NCBI GenBank assembly: GCA_947474275.1
Contig: CANJHY010000003.1
Location: 705 to 64,704, forward strand
Reading direction: 5' to 3'
Source: Betaproteobacteria bacterium
GTDB lineage: Bacteria > Pseudomonadota > Gammaproteobacteria > Burkholderiales > SG8-41
DNA length: 64,000 nucleotides
Shown one piece after another: positions 9,519 to 20,304 of this stretch (the stretch's first letter is position 1; each line of letters begins with the position of its first letter). A program made the position numbers and the translations under genes. Below the pieces are notes generated by a model. The model made no database searches and was not told the origin of the DNA. It saw nothing but the letters and a program-made list of their open reading frames with translations.

Positions 9519-10415
9519 CTAACCGGAAATTTTGTTGCGCAGCAGACCGAGGCCGCGGATCTCGGTTTCGAACACGTCGCCCGGCCGCATGAATTCGGGC
9601 GGCGTGCGCGCATGTCCGACGCCTGCCGGCGTGCCGGTGCAGATGATGTCGCCGGGCTCCAGCGTGAGCCCCGCGGACAGCTCCGCAATGATGCGCGGGA
9701 TCTTGAAATACATCTGGCGCGTGTTCGACTTTTGCTTGGTCACGCCGTTCACACGGCACTCGATGTCGAGTTCCTGCGGGTTGGCGATTTCGTCGGCGGT
9801 CACGATCCACGGCCCCATCGGGCAATGTCCGTCGAGGCTTTTGCCCTTGAACCACTGTTGACCGTGCTGGCGCTGCACGTCGCGCGCCGACACGTCGTTG
9901 ACCACGGTATAGCCGAAGATATGCGCCAGCGCGTCGGCTTCCCTGATATTGCAGCCGCCTTTGCCGATGACGAGGCCGAGCTCGACCTCCCAGTCGAGTT
10001 TTTCAGTTACGCCTTTATGCGCGGGTACGTCGGCATAGGGCCCGTTCACGGACGTCGGCGCTTTGGAGAAAAAGGCGGGATGCGCCGGCATCTCCTGCAC
10101 GTGCGGGCGCGCTTTCGCGCCTTCCTCGAAATGCTCGAGGTAATTCCAGCCCACGCAGAACACGTTCTTGCGCGGCCGCGGAATCGGCGCCAGCAAGGTG
10201 ACTTTGTCGAGCGGCATGGCGTCGCGCGCCTTGGCCGCGACATCGCGTAGCCATTTGAGGGCGGCATCGCCCGCGGCGACCAGCGAAATCATATCGGCGG
10301 GGTCGAAGGGCGGCTCGCCGCCTATGCCCTTGAGGTCGACCACTTCCTTGCCGTCGCGCACCAGGCCCAGGTGTTGCGGGCCATGCGGCCGCGGGGTGAA
10401 CGTTACCAGACGCAA
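9519..10415 (-). CDS. Fumarylacetoacetate hydrolase family protein
   Basis: CVGWNY, LDWEVEL, NDVSARD, GKSLD, TGTPAGVG. Confidence 0.92.
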   Translation of the reverse strand: MRLVTFTPRPHGPQHLGLVRDGKEVVDLKGIGGEPPFDPADMISLVAAGDAALKWLRDVAAKARDAMPLDKVTLLAPIPRPRKNVFCVGWNYLEHFEEGAKARPHVQEMPAHPAFFSKAPTSVNGPYADVPAHKGVTEKLDWEVELGLVIGKGGCNIREADALAHIFGYTVVNDVSARDVQRQHGQQWFKGKSLDGHCPMGPWIVTADEIANPQELDIECRVNGVTKQKSNTRQMYFKIPRIIAELSAGLTLEPGDIICTGTPAGVGHARTPPEFMRPGDVFETEIRGLGLLRNKISG

Positions 10416-10484
10416 TTGATTCCCCTCTCCATGTTGCCGGCGCGCTGTGCGGCGATGCCGGCTGTAATTGTTAGTGCAACGTTG

Positions 10485-11462
10485 TTATTGCAGCGGCTTG
10501 GGGCTGCTTTTGAATCTTTCCATCGCTCTCACGAGTTCGGCGCAGATGCCCGGCTCCCACGCCGAATGGCCGGCGTCGGGCACGATGATGTAGTCGGCTT
10601 CCGGCCACGCGTGGTGCAGATCGTGGGCGCTGACGACGGGGCAAACCGCATCATAGCGGCCCTGCACGATCACCGCCGGAATGTGCCGTATGCGGCCGAT
10701 GTCGTCGAGCAGCGAATTTGTGGGCAGAAAAATATCGTGCCGGAAGTAATGCGCTTCCATGCGCGCGAGTCCCAGCGCCACCACGTCGCTCGCGAAGTGG
10801 GCAACAGTGTCGGGGCTCGGCAGCAGCGTAGAGCATGAGCCTTCGTACACGCCCCACGCGCGCGCCGCCGGCATGTGCACGGCAGGGTCCGGATCCATCA
10901 GGCGCTGATAGTAGGCGCTGAGCAGGTCGCCGTGTTCGCTCGCGGGCAGCTGCGCGGTGAACTTCTGCCACGCTTCCGGAAAAATATTTCTGAGGCCGTA
11001 CAAAAACCAGTCGATTTCGCTTGGCCGGCACAGGAATATGCCGCGCAGCACGAAGCCCAGGCAGCGCGCGGGATGCGCTTCGCCGTACGCCAGTGCGAGC
11101 GTCGAACCCCACGAGCCGCCGAACACCAGCCATTGCTCTATGCCCAGGTGCTGGCGCAGGCGTTCGATGTCGGCGATCAGCAGCGGCGTGGTGTTTTCGC
11201 GCACTTCGCCGAGCGGCGTCGAGCGTCCGGCGCCGCGTTGATCGTAAATTACGATGCGATAGTGCGCGGGATCGAAAAAGCGCCGGTGGTTGGGCGCGCT
11301 GCCGGCGCCGGGGCCGCCGTGCAAAAACACCACCGGCACGCCATGCGGATTGCCCGACTCTTCCCAGTATATCGTATGGATGCGGTCGAGCGCGAGCCGG
11401 CCGGCGCTGAACGGTTCGAGCGGCGGGTAGATTTCGGTGCGTACGCTAGGCGAGATATCCAT
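10485..11462 (-). CDS. pip: Proline iminopeptidase
   Basis: LHGGPG, DQRGAGRS, GGSWGS nucleophile elbow, GRYD, AGHS. Confidence 0.93.
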   Translation of the reverse strand: MDISPSVRTEIYPPLEPFSAGRLALDRIHTIYWEESGNPHGVPVVFLHGGPGAGSAPNHRRFFDPAHYRIVIYDQRGAGRSTPLGEVRENTTPLLIADIERLRQHLGIEQWLVFGGSWGSTLALAYGEAHPARCLGFVLRGIFLCRPSEIDWFLYGLRNIFPEAWQKFTAQLPASEHGDLLSAYYQRLMDPDPAVHMPAARAWGVYEGSCSTLLPSPDTVAHFASDVVALGLARMEAHYFRHDIFLPTNSLLDDIGRIRHIPAVIVQGRYDAVCPVVSAHDLHHAWPEADYIIVPDAGHSAWEPGICAELVRAMERFKSSPKPLQ

Positions 11463-11605
11463 GGGTGTGCGGCGCGTCTGGAAATGCAATGGAGGCGTGA
11501 AAATAGCACAAAAGCGCGTGTGGCGTAGCCGGGAGCCCGCAGTGCCGCTCCGGATTTTGCGAAGCGCTGGGTTATAATCAGCCCCCCCAAACCGCCTGCG
11601 TTCCC

Positions 11606-13903
11606 ATGGACGATCAACTGCGAAAAAGCGCGCTCGATTACCACCGTCTGCCCACCCCGGGCAAGATTTCGGTAACGCCGACCAAGGGCCTGCTCAACCA
11701 GCACGATCTGTCGCTTGCTTACACGCCGGGTGTTGCTGCCGCCTGCGAATTGATCGTGGCCGACCCCGCCGAAGCACGCAACATGACTTCGCGCGGCAAT
11801 CTCGTCGGCGTGATTACGAACGGGACCGCGGTGCTGGGGCTGGGCAATATCGGGCCGCTCGCCGCCAAGCCGGTGATGGAAGGCAAGGCGGTATTGTTCA
11901 AGAAATTCGCCGGCATCGACGTGTTCGACATCGAAATCAACGAGCGTGATCCCGACAAGCTGGTCGACATCATCGCCAGCCTGGAGCCGACGTTCGGCGG
12001 CATCAACCTCGAAGACATCAAGGCGCCCGAGTGTTTCATTGTCGAGCGCAAACTGCGCGAGCGCTGCCGCATCCCGGTATTCCACGACGACCAGCACGGC
12101 ACGGCGATCACCGTGTGCGCCGCGTTCATCAACGGCCTGAAAGTCGTCGGCAAAGATATCGCGGCGATCAAACTGGTGGTGTCGGGCGCCGGCGCTGCCG
12201 CCCTTGCGTGCCTCGATCTTCTGGTCAAGCTGGGCCTGCCCAAGGAACACATCACCGTCACCGATATCAAGGGTGTCGTCTACAAGGGCCGCAAGGAAGA
12301 GATGGACCCGGACAAGGCGCAGTACGCAGTCGAGACCAAGGCGCGCACGCTTGGCGAAGTGATCGCCGGCGCCGACGTGTTCCTGGGGCTTTCTGCCGGC
12401 GGCGTCCTCAAACCGGAGATGGTCAAAAAGATGGCCGACCGGCCGCTGATACTCGCGTTGGCCAATCCGGAGCCGGAAATCCTGCCCGAGCTCGCCAAAC
12501 TGGCGAAACCCGACGTGGTGATGGCGACCGGCCGCTCGGATTATCCGAACCAGGTCAATAACGTTTTGTGTTTCCCTTTCGTGTTTCGCGGCGCGCTCGA
12601 TGTCGGCGCCACCACCATCAACACGGAAATGGAACTGGCCGCCATCAAGGCGATCGCAGCACTCGCGCAGGCCGAGCAGTCCGACATTGTGGCGATGGCG
12701 TATGGCGAGCAGAATCTCTCGTTCGGCCCCGATTACCTGATTCCGCGGCCCTTCGATCCGCGCCTGATCGTCAAAATTGCGCCGGCCGTGGCCAAGGCCG
12801 CGATGGACAGCGGTGTCGCGACGCGGCCGATCAAGGACTTCGACGCCTACCGCGACTCGCTGCAGCAGTTCGTTTATCACTCCGGCATGATCATGAAGCC
12901 GCTGTTCGCGGCAGCCAAGGAATGCAAGCAGCGGCGCATCGTTTATGCGGAAGGCGAGGACGAGCGCGTTCTGCGCGCGGTGCAGGTGGTGGTCGACGAA
13001 AAGCTGGCGCTTCCCATCCTGGTCGGCCGGCCCGCGGTCATCGAGCGCCGCATCGAGCGCTTTGGGCTGCGCCTGAAGGCGGGCGTGCATTTCGAACTCA
13101 TCAACCCCGATCAGGACGAGCGCTACCGCGACTACTGGCAGGAATACTACCGGCTCACCGCGCGGCGCGGCGTGTCGCAGGAGTACGCCAAGGCCGAAAT
13201 GCACCGGCGCAACACGCTGATCGGCGCTATGACGGTACATCTGGGCGCTGCCGACGGCATGCTGTGCGGCACTTTCGGCCGTTATGACATCCACCTGCGC
13301 TATATCGACGAGGTCATAGGGCGGCGTTCCGGGGTCAACAATTATTACGCGATGAATCTTCTGATGCTGCCGCAACGCACGGTGTTCATTTGCGATACCT
13401 ATGTGAATTTCGATCCGAGCGCCGAGCAGCTCGCTGAAATGACGGTGCTGGCGGCGGAGGAAGTGCGGCGCTTCGGCATGACGCCGAAAATCGCCTTGCT
13501 ATCGCATTCGAGCTTCGGCACGGCCAACACGCCGTCGGCGCAGAAGATGCGCGCGGCGCTCGCCCTCATCGAAAAGGTCGCGCCCGAACTCGAGATCGAG
13601 GGCGAGATGCACGGCGACGCGGCGCTGTCCGGCGCAGTGCGCCGGCAGGCCTTTCCGCTGTCACGTCTGAAAGGCGATGCCAATCTGCTGATCATGCCGA
13701 CGCTGGACGCCGCCAATATCGCGTTCAACCTCCTGAAGACGGCCGCAGGCGACGGCATTACGGTCGGACCCATCCTGCTCGGCGCGGCGAAGTCTGTGCA
13801 CATCGTGACGCCGTCGGCATCGGTGCGCCGCATCGTCAATATGACGGCGCTGACGGTGGTCGACGCGGGCGCTGAGCGCGGCAATCTGACGCTGCCGTTC
13901 TAG
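11606..13903 (+). CDS. maeB: NADP-dependent malic enzyme with PTA-like domain
   Basis: [41 protein letters not shown]; C-terminal PTA domain. Confidence 0.97.
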   Translation: MDDQLRKSALDYHRLPTPGKISVTPTKGLLNQHDLSLAYTPGVAAACELIVADPAEARNMTSRGNLVGVITNGTAVLGLGNIGPLAAKPVMEGKAVLFKKFAGIDVFDIEINERDPDKLVDIIASLEPTFGGINLEDIKAPECFIVERKLRERCRIPVFHDDQHGTAITVCAAFINGLKVVGKDIAAIKLVVSGAGAAALACLDLLVKLGLPKEHITVTDIKGVVYKGRKEEMDPDKAQYAVETKARTLGEVIAGADVFLGLSAGGVLKPEMVKKMADRPLILALANPEPEILPELAKLAKPDVVMATGRSDYPNQVNNVLCFPFVFRGALDVGATTINTEMELAAIKAIAALAQAEQSDIVAMAYGEQNLSFGPDYLIPRPFDPRLIVKIAPAVAKAAMDSGVATRPIKDFDAYRDSLQQFVYHSGMIMKPLFAAAKECKQRRIVYAEGEDERVLRAVQVVVDEKLALPILVGRPAVIERRIERFGLRLKAGVHFELINPDQDERYRDYWQEYYRLTARRGVSQEYAKAEMHRRNTLIGAMTVHLGAADGMLCGTFGRYDIHLRYIDEVIGRRSGVNNYYAMNLLMLPQRTVFICDTYVNFDPSAEQLAEMTVLAAEEVRRFGMTPKIALLSHSSFGTANTPSAQKMRAALALIEKVAPELEIEGEMHGDAALSGAVRRQAFPLSRLKGDANLLIMPTLDAANIAFNLLKTAAGDGITVGPILLGAAKSVHIVTPSASVRRIVNMTALTVVDAGAERGNLTLPF

Positions 13904-13954
13904 GCAGCGTGCATGCAGTAATTCAAAAACCTGTTGATCAGTCGGGGAACGGCA

Positions 13955-15346
13955 ATGGAAAAATTCAGAATCGAACGCGATACATTCGGCAACATCGAAG
14001 TGCCGGCGGAGCGCCTGTGGGGCGCGCAGACGCAAAGAAGCCGTATTAATTTCGCTTTTCCCGGCGAAACCATGCCGCTGGCGGTGGTGCTTGCCCAGGT
14101 CATGGTCAAACGCGCCTCCGCGGTCGTCAACATGGCGCTCGGCCTGCTCGACAACAAGAAGGGCAAAGCCATCGTCAAGGCGGCGGACGAGGCGCTGGCC
14201 GGCAAACACAATGCGGAGTTCCCGCTGGTGGTGTGGCAGACCGGATCGGGCACGCAGACCAATATGAACGTCAACGAGGTGCTCGCCAACCGCGCGTCCG
14301 AAATCCTCGGCGGCGAACGCGGCGAAAAACGCCTGGTGCATCCCAACGACGACGTGAACATGGGCCAGTCGTCGAATGACACTTTCCCCACGGCGATGCA
14401 CGTTGCGGCGGTGATCGCGCTGGAAAAAGAACTGAAGCCGGCGGTAAAGAAGCTGCGCGATACGCTCAACAAGAAAGCAAAGCAGTTCGCGAAAATCGTC
14501 AAGATCGGCCGCACGCATCTGCAGGATGCGACGCCGTTGACGCTCGGCCAGGAATTCTCGGGCTATGTGGCGCAGCTCGACCACGGTTTGAGGCACGTCG
14601 ACGCCGCAATGCCGCATCTGGGCGAACTCGCACTCGGTGGCACGGCGGTCGGCACCGGGCTCAACGCCCATCCCAAATTCGCCGTGAAGGTCGCGGCGGA
14701 TCTCGCCAGATTCACCGGGCTGCCGTTCGTCACCGCGCCCAACAAGTTCGAGGCGCTGGCGTCGTGCGACGGCGTGGTGCATGCGCACGGCTCGCTGAAG
14801 ACGCTTGCCGCGTCGCTGATGAAAATTGCCAACGACGTGCGCTGGCTGGCGAGCGGCCCGCGTTGCGGCATCGGCGAGCTGAGCATTCCGGAAAACGAGC
14901 CGGGCAGCTCCATTATGCCGGGCAAGGTCAATCCGACGCAGTCCGAATCGCTGACCATGGTGTGCTGCCAGGTGTTCGGCAACGACGTTGCCATCAACCT
15001 CGGCGGCGCGTCGGGCAATTTCGAGCTCAACGTGTTCCGCCCGCTGGTGATCCGCAATTTCATGCACAGCGCGGTACTGCTCACGCACGGCTGCACCAAT
15101 TTCAACGAGCAGTGCGCGGTCGGCATCGAGCCCAACAAGGAGCGCATCGAGCAGTTGATGCGCGAATCGCTGATGCTGGTGACCGCGCTGAACCCGCACA
15201 TCGGCTACGACAAGGCAGCGCAGATCGCGAAAAACGCGCACAAGAAAGGCCTTACCCTGAAAGCGTCCGCGCTGGCGCTGGGCCATGTAACGGCGAAGCA
15301 ATTCGACGAGTGGGTCAAACCCGAGCAGATGGTCGGGAAGATCTGA
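13955..15346 (+). CDS. fumC: Class II fumarate hydratase
   Basis: [13 protein letters not shown] signature, [12 protein letters not shown]. Confidence 0.97.
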   Translation: MEKFRIERDTFGNIEVPAERLWGAQTQRSRINFAFPGETMPLAVVLAQVMVKRASAVVNMALGLLDNKKGKAIVKAADEALAGKHNAEFPLVVWQTGSGTQTNMNVNEVLANRASEILGGERGEKRLVHPNDDVNMGQSSNDTFPTAMHVAAVIALEKELKPAVKKLRDTLNKKAKQFAKIVKIGRTHLQDATPLTLGQEFSGYVAQLDHGLRHVDAAMPHLGELALGGTAVGTGLNAHPKFAVKVAADLARFTGLPFVTAPNKFEALASCDGVVHAHGSLKTLAASLMKIANDVRWLASGPRCGIGELSIPENEPGSSIMPGKVNPTQSESLTMVCCQVFGNDVAINLGGASGNFELNVFRPLVIRNFMHSAVLLTHGCTNFNEQCAVGIEPNKERIEQLMRESLMLVTALNPHIGYDKAAQIAKNAHKKGLTLKASALALGHVTAKQFDEWVKPEQMVGKI

Positions 15347-15357
15347 AGGCCGGCAGC

Positions 15358-15960
15358 TTGCGCTGGTCGCAGCTTACGCGCGACGACGTCGTGTCGCGGC
15401 TGGCGCAGCCCACGACTGCGCCGGGCGAGCTGGACAAGCACATAGTCGCGCTGCCGCCCGGCGCGCGCGTGATGCTCGCCGCGGTGCTGGTGGCGCTGGT
15501 GCCGCGCGACGACGAAGTGCACGTGCTCCTGACCCAGCGCACGGCCCATATGAAAGACCACCCGAGCCAGATCAGTTTTCCCGGCGGGCGGGTCGAAGGC
15601 GGGGACGGCAATCGCATCGAGACCGCGCTGCGCGAAGCGGAGGAGGAAATCGGGCTCGCCCGCGACCGTGTGGCCATACTCGGCACGCTGCCGGACTACG
15701 ACATGCCGTCCGGGTTCAGGATCAGCCCGGTGGTCGCCTGGGTCGAGCCGCCGTTCACGCTCAAACTCGACCCCATAGAAGTGGAATCGGCGTTCGAGGT
15801 GCCGCTGTCTTACGTGCTCGACCCCGCTAACCACCAGTACCGCAGCTATGAATTCAACGGCCGCCACCGCGATTACCTGGCGATGCCGTACGAGGGACGT
15901 TATATCTGGGGCGCGACTGCCGGCATGCTGCAAAGCCTGTCGCGGCAACTCGCCGGCTGA
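15358..15960 (+). CDS. CoA pyrophosphatase (NudL-type Nudix hydrolase)
   Basis: LLTQR...HPSQISFPGG, ALREAEEEIG Nudix box, IWGATA; start (TTG 15358) uncertain. Confidence 0.88.
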   Translation: MRWSQLTRDDVVSRLAQPTTAPGELDKHIVALPPGARVMLAAVLVALVPRDDEVHVLLTQRTAHMKDHPSQISFPGGRVEGGDGNRIETALREAEEEIGLARDRVAILGTLPDYDMPSGFRISPVVAWVEPPFTLKLDPIEVESAFEVPLSYVLDPANHQYRSYEFNGRHRDYLAMPYEGRYIWGATAGMLQSLSRQLAG

Positions 15961-16032
15961 GCGCCGCGAGCGCGGTGGTATCAGCCGGCGGGCCCGGTGT
16001 GGCAATATAGGGCATGGTTCAGGGAGGAAGTG

Positions 16033-17202
16033 ATGGATAGCAGCGACAGTCTGCAACCGGCCAAGGTCGGCCTCGTCCTGACGGGCGGCGGCGCGCGCGC
16101 CGCGTATCAGGTCGGCGTGCTGCGCGCGATCTCCGAAATGCTGCCGGCGGACGCGCCGTGCCCTTTTCCCATTATTTGCGGCACCTCGGCCGGCGCTTTC
16201 AACGCCACCGTGCTTGCCGCCAATGCCGGCAATTTCCGGCAGGGCGTGCGTCAGCTGATGACGGTATGGAAAAACTTTCGCGTCCATCAGGTCTATCGTG
16301 CCGACCCGCTGGGCGTCATACACAACAGCGGCAAGTGGATCATGGCCGCGTTGACCGGCGGCCTCGGCCGCAAGACTTCAATCTCGCTGCTCGATAATTC
16401 GCCGCTCGCGCACCTGCTCGGCACGCGGCTCGATTTCGGCGGCGTGCAGCGCTCGATCGACCAGGGCGATCTCTACGCGTTCAGCATCACCTGTTCGGGT
16501 TATACGTCTGGCCAGTCGGTGACTTTTTACCAGGGCGTGCCGGGGCTGGAACCTTGGCAACGGGCGCGTCGCATCGGCATTCCGGCGACCATCGGCCTCG
16601 AACACCTGATGGCGTCATCGGCATTGCCGTTTATTTTTCCGGCGACGCACATCAACCGCGAGTTTTTCGGCGACGGTTCGATGCGCCAGATCGCGCCGGT
16701 GAGCCCGGCCCTGCACCTGGGCGCCAACCGCCTGTTCGTGATCGGCGTCGGGCGCCAGCTGCAGGCCCAGCAGGAGCGCATCAAGACCGAGTCCTACCCT
16801 TCGCTCGCGCAGATCGCCGGCCATTGCCTGAACAGTATTTTTCTCGACAGCCTGGAAGTCGATCTCGAGCGCCTGCAGCGCATCAACCGCACGCTCTCCA
16901 TCATGCCGCCGGACGTGCGCGCAAAAAACAACATGCCTTTGCACGAGGTCGATTTCCGCGTGATTTCGCCGAGCGAGGCGCTCGAAAAGATCGCGGTCCA
17001 GCATGTGCATGAACTGCCGCGCACTATACGCACGCTGCTTTACACGGTGGGGGCGCTGAAAAAGGGCGGTTCCAACCTGGTCAGCTACCTGCTGTTCGAA
17101 AAAGCTTATTGCCGTGCGCTGATCAAGCTCGGTTACAACGACAGCATGCAGCGGCGCGACGAGCTGATGAAGTTCCTCGGCTACGAAGCGTGCTGGCTGT
17201 AG
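16033..17202 (+). CDS. Patatin-like phospholipase
   Basis: GGGARAAYQVG, GTSAG, DGS motifs. Confidence 0.92.
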   Translation: MDSSDSLQPAKVGLVLTGGGARAAYQVGVLRAISEMLPADAPCPFPIICGTSAGAFNATVLAANAGNFRQGVRQLMTVWKNFRVHQVYRADPLGVIHNSGKWIMAALTGGLGRKTSISLLDNSPLAHLLGTRLDFGGVQRSIDQGDLYAFSITCSGYTSGQSVTFYQGVPGLEPWQRARRIGIPATIGLEHLMASSALPFIFPATHINREFFGDGSMRQIAPVSPALHLGANRLFVIGVGRQLQAQQERIKTESYPSLAQIAGHCLNSIFLDSLEVDLERLQRINRTLSIMPPDVRAKNNMPLHEVDFRVISPSEALEKIAVQHVHELPRTIRTLLYTVGALKKGGSNLVSYLLFEKAYCRALIKLGYNDSMQRRDELMKFLGYEACWL

Positions 17203-17230
17203 CCCGCGCGCGGCGCTCACCGTTTTTCGC

Positions 17231-17836
17231 GTGAAGCCGTATGCCGAAGCGTGCGAGCGCAATCGCGCGCCCATCCTCGCCGTGCTGCGTGTGGCGTTCG
17301 CAGATACGGCTTCCGTGCTGGAGATCGGCTCGGGCACCGGCCAGCATGCGGTCTATTTCGGCGCGGAACTGCCGCATCTCACGTGGCAAGCCAGCGAATT
17401 GCAGGAAAACCACGCCGGCATCCTTGCCTGGCTCGCGGCAGCGCAGCTGCCCAACGGGCTGCCGCCGCTGGAACTCGATGTCAATCGCACTGACTGGCCG
17501 CAACGCCGGTATGACGCCGTCTTTACCTGCAATACGCTGCATATCGTGGCGTGGAGCGCGGTAGAGCGGATGTTTGCCGGCATCGCGCGCGCATTGCCGG
17601 TGAACGGCGTGCTTGCGGTCTACGGGCCGATCAACTATGACGGCCGTTACACGTCTGCCAGCAATGCGCAGTTCGATGCCTGGTTGAAGGCGCGCGACCC
17701 GGCGAGCGGGATCCGCGATTTCGCGAACGTAGATGCGCTGGCGCGGTCATATGGTTTCGCGCTGGAGCGGGATGTTGCCATGCCTGCCAACAATCGCACG
17801 CTGGTGTGGCGGCGATTGAGCGAAAATGCAGCGTGA
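17231..17836 (+). CDS. DUF938 family SAM-dependent methyltransferase
   Basis: ACERNRAPI, LEIGSGTGQH, YGP, MPANN. Confidence 0.9.
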   Translation: MKPYAEACERNRAPILAVLRVAFADTASVLEIGSGTGQHAVYFGAELPHLTWQASELQENHAGILAWLAAAQLPNGLPPLELDVNRTDWPQRRYDAVFTCNTLHIVAWSAVERMFAGIARALPVNGVLAVYGPINYDGRYTSASNAQFDAWLKARDPASGIRDFANVDALARSYGFALERDVAMPANNRTLVWRRLSENAA

Positions 17837-17895
17837 CTTATAGTTGTGCGGGCGGCTGTAAAAGCGGCGGCACCTTCAACCGGAATATATCGATC

Positions 17896-18420
17896 ATGAG
17901 CCGAGCGTTTGTCAAAGAGTCTGACGAAGATGCCGCGTCCGCGGAACTGCCGGAACGGCCGCTCAGCGCGGAACCGAATTACGTGACGCCGCGCGGCTTG
18001 CAGTCGCTGCGCGTCCGTCTGAAGGCGCTGCAAGTTGAGCGCGAGCGCCTGGCGGCGCAGGCCGAGTCGATGGCAAAACAACGGCTGCTCGAGGTCAAGC
18101 GCGACATCCGCTACTTCAGCGCGCAGCTCGAGCGCGCGACGCTGGTCGATACCGTCGGCCAGCCGCGCGATGAGGTGAGGTTTGGCGCAGCAGTGACAAT
18201 ACTCGACGGGCAGGGAAAAAATCACGCGTTCCAGATCGTTGGCGACGACGAGGCCGACGTGGCCGCTGGCAGCATTAGCTGGGCATCGCCGCTGGCGAAG
18301 GCCCTGCTGGGGGCGCGGGTCGGCGATACCGTCAAGTGGCAGCGCCCGGCCGGCGCCAGTGAAGTTGAAATCGTCGAGATCGCGTATTTGGAAAAAACGG
18401 CGGCGGCGCGCACCCCATGA
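17896..18420 (+). CDS. GreA/GreB family transcription elongation factor-like protein
   Basis: MSRAFVKE, NYVTPRG, IVGDDEAD, ISWASPLAKALLG. Confidence 0.88.
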   Translation: MSRAFVKESDEDAASAELPERPLSAEPNYVTPRGLQSLRVRLKALQVERERLAAQAESMAKQRLLEVKRDIRYFSAQLERATLVDTVGQPRDEVRFGAAVTILDGQGKNHAFQIVGDDEADVAAGSISWASPLAKALLGARVGDTVKWQRPAGASEVEIVEIAYLEKTAAARTP

Positions 18421-19334
18421 CTTTCCTCGCGCTGGTGGGCGCGCTGCTGCTCGAACAATGGCGGCCGCTGCGCACGGGCAACCGCCTGTACGTGGCGTTC
18501 GCGCGCTACGTCAACCGTATCGCCCAGAACTTCAATGCGGGGCAGTACCGCGACGGCATCATTTCATGGCTGCTCGCGGTGGCGCCAGTGGCGCTCATCA
18601 CGCTGATCGTCTACAGCGTATCGCACTATGTGAACGGGTTGCTCGCGCTCGCGTGGAACATCGTGGTGCTGTACCTGGCGCTCGGGTTCCGCCAGTTCAG
18701 CCACTTTTACAACGACGTCACGCTGGCGCTGCGCGCGGGTGATCTGGTGCGCGCGCGCGAAGTGCTGAGCCGGTGGCGCGGCGAATCCGCGCAGGAACTG
18801 CCTGCCGGCGAAATCGCGCGGGTCGCGATCGAACTCGGGCTGATCCGTTCGCATCGCCACGTGTTCGGCGTGATGGCGTGGTTCATCGTGCTGGGGCCGG
18901 TCGGCGCGATAGGTTACCGTCTGGCCGCACTGCTCAGCGACCGCTGGGGCGGCGCGCAGGGCGACGAGGCAGGCGCATTCGGTCTCTTCGCGAAACGCGC
19001 GTTCGAAATCATCGACTGGCTGCCGGTGCGGCTCACCGCGTTCGGTTTCGCCATGACCGGCGATTTCATGGGTGCGGTCGAGTGCTGGCGCGCGCAGGCA
19101 GCGACGTGGCGTTTGCGCTCGCAGGGAATCATTCTTGCCGCCGCCGCCGGCGCGCTGGGCGTCAAGCTGGGCGGCGTGCTGCACGAGGACGGCGGCATAG
19201 TCTACCGGCCGCAACTCGGCGAAGGCGACGAAGCCGATGTCGATTACATGCAGGCCGCGGTCGGCCTGATCTGGCGCGCGCTGGTGTTGTGGCTGTTTTT
19301 GATCCTGCTCGCTACCATCGCCAGCTGGTTCTAG
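18417..19334 (+). CDS. CobD/CbiB family (AmpE-like) membrane protein
   Basis: Hydrophobic; HRHVFGV, YRLA, IDWLPVRLTA, GALGVKLGG. Confidence 0.85.
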   Translation: MTFLALVGALLLEQWRPLRTGNRLYVAFARYVNRIAQNFNAGQYRDGIISWLLAVAPVALITLIVYSVSHYVNGLLALAWNIVVLYLALGFRQFSHFYNDVTLALRAGDLVRAREVLSRWRGESAQELPAGEIARVAIELGLIRSHRHVFGVMAWFIVLGPVGAIGYRLAALLSDRWGGAQGDEAGAFGLFAKRAFEIIDWLPVRLTAFGFAMTGDFMGAVECWRAQAATWRLRSQGIILAAAAGALGVKLGGVLHEDGGIVYRPQLGEGDEADVDYMQAAVGLIWRALVLWLFLILLATIASWF

Positions 19335-19344
19335 TAAGCGAGCG

Positions 19345-20259
19345 TCACTCCCAGCGCTGCGCTTTTTTCATCAACTGCATTACGAGCTTGCGGTACGACG
19401 CCACCCGCTGGGCGTCGATTTCGCCGCGTTCGACCGCAGCCGTGATGGCGCATCCCGGCTCGGTCAGGTGCTTGCAGTCGTTGAACTTGCAATGGCCGAG
19501 ATGTTGGCGGAGCTCGATGAAAGCGTGCGCCAGGTCCTCGGGCGCCACGTGCACGAGGCCAAATTCCTGCAGGCCCGGTGAGTCGATGATGTGGCTTGCT
19601 GCATCGAGGTGATAGAGCCGAGCGTGTGTGGTCGTGTGCCGTCCGCCGCCGAGCGCGACCGATAATTCGCCGACGCGCGCGGCAGCATCCGGCAGGAGGC
19701 GGTTGATGATGGTCGATTTGCCCATGCCCGATTGCCCGACCAGCACGCTGGTGTGACCGGCGAGGCGCGCGCGCAAAGGCGCGATGTCGATTTTGGCGGC
19801 GAGCGGCAGCACGTCGTAACCCAGTGCGCGATAACGCTCCAGCGATTGCAGCGCCTGCGCGGCAGCCGGCAGGTCCATTTTGTTGAGCGCGAGCAAGGCC
19901 GGGATGCCGGCTTCCTCGGCGGCGGCCAGGCAGCGGTCCAGCAATTCAGCATGAAAAGGCGGGGAAGATGCGAGCACGATCACGATTTGCGTGACGTTGG
20001 CGGCGATCAGTTTTTCGCGCTGAATGTCGGAACGGTAAAAAAGAGAGATGCGCGGCGCGGTGGATTCGATGACACCTTGATCCGGCGCGGTCATGGCGAC
20101 GGCAACGCGGTCACCGCATGCGATGTCGGTACGTTTGCCGCGTGTCACGCATGCTATCAGCACGCCATCTTCAAGCTCGACGGTGAACTGGCGGCCGAAG
20201 CTGGCGACGACCGTTCCGGGCTGGGTGGGGGCGGCAGTCTTTTTTGGGGCGCTGCTCAA
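19345..20259 (-). CDS. rsgA: Ribosome small subunit-dependent GTPase A
   Basis: NKMD, GQSGMGKS, GRHTTT, IIDSPG, CKFNDCKHLTEPGC zinc finger. Confidence 0.95.
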   Translation of the reverse strand: MSSAPKKTAAPTQPGTVVASFGRQFTVELEDGVLIACVTRGKRTDIACGDRVAVAMTAPDQGVIESTAPRISLFYRSDIQREKLIAANVTQIVIVLASSPPFHAELLDRCLAAAEEAGIPALLALNKMDLPAAAQALQSLERYRALGYDVLPLAAKIDIAPLRARLAGHTSVLVGQSGMGKSTIINRLLPDAAARVGELSVALGGGRHTTTHARLYHLDAASHIIDSPGLQEFGLVHVAPEDLAHAFIELRQHLGHCKFNDCKHLTEPGCAITAAVERGEIDAQRVASYRKLVMQLMKKAQRWE

Positions 20260-20294
20260 AGCGTGAACAGCGCGTCGAGCTTGGCCGCGGTCAT
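20256..20294 (-). pseudogene. 12-aa mini-ORF MTAAKLDALFTL, probable internally deleted remnant of pterin-4a-carbinolamine dehydratase
   Basis: GAGAGG RBS, ATG 20294, stop overlaps the rsgA TTG; AAKLDAL resembles the PCD C-terminus. Confidence 0.45.
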
Positions 20295-20304
20295 GGCGCG
20301 CCTC

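Noticed and set aside
11249-15301. Long minus-strand ORFs (708 aa and 546 aa)
   Set aside because: Antisense shadows of maeB and fumC, expected from GC-rich codon bias; no motifs
14764-15357. Long N-terminal extension of the Nudix ORF
   Set aside because: Overlaps fumC in another frame; the real start is near 15358
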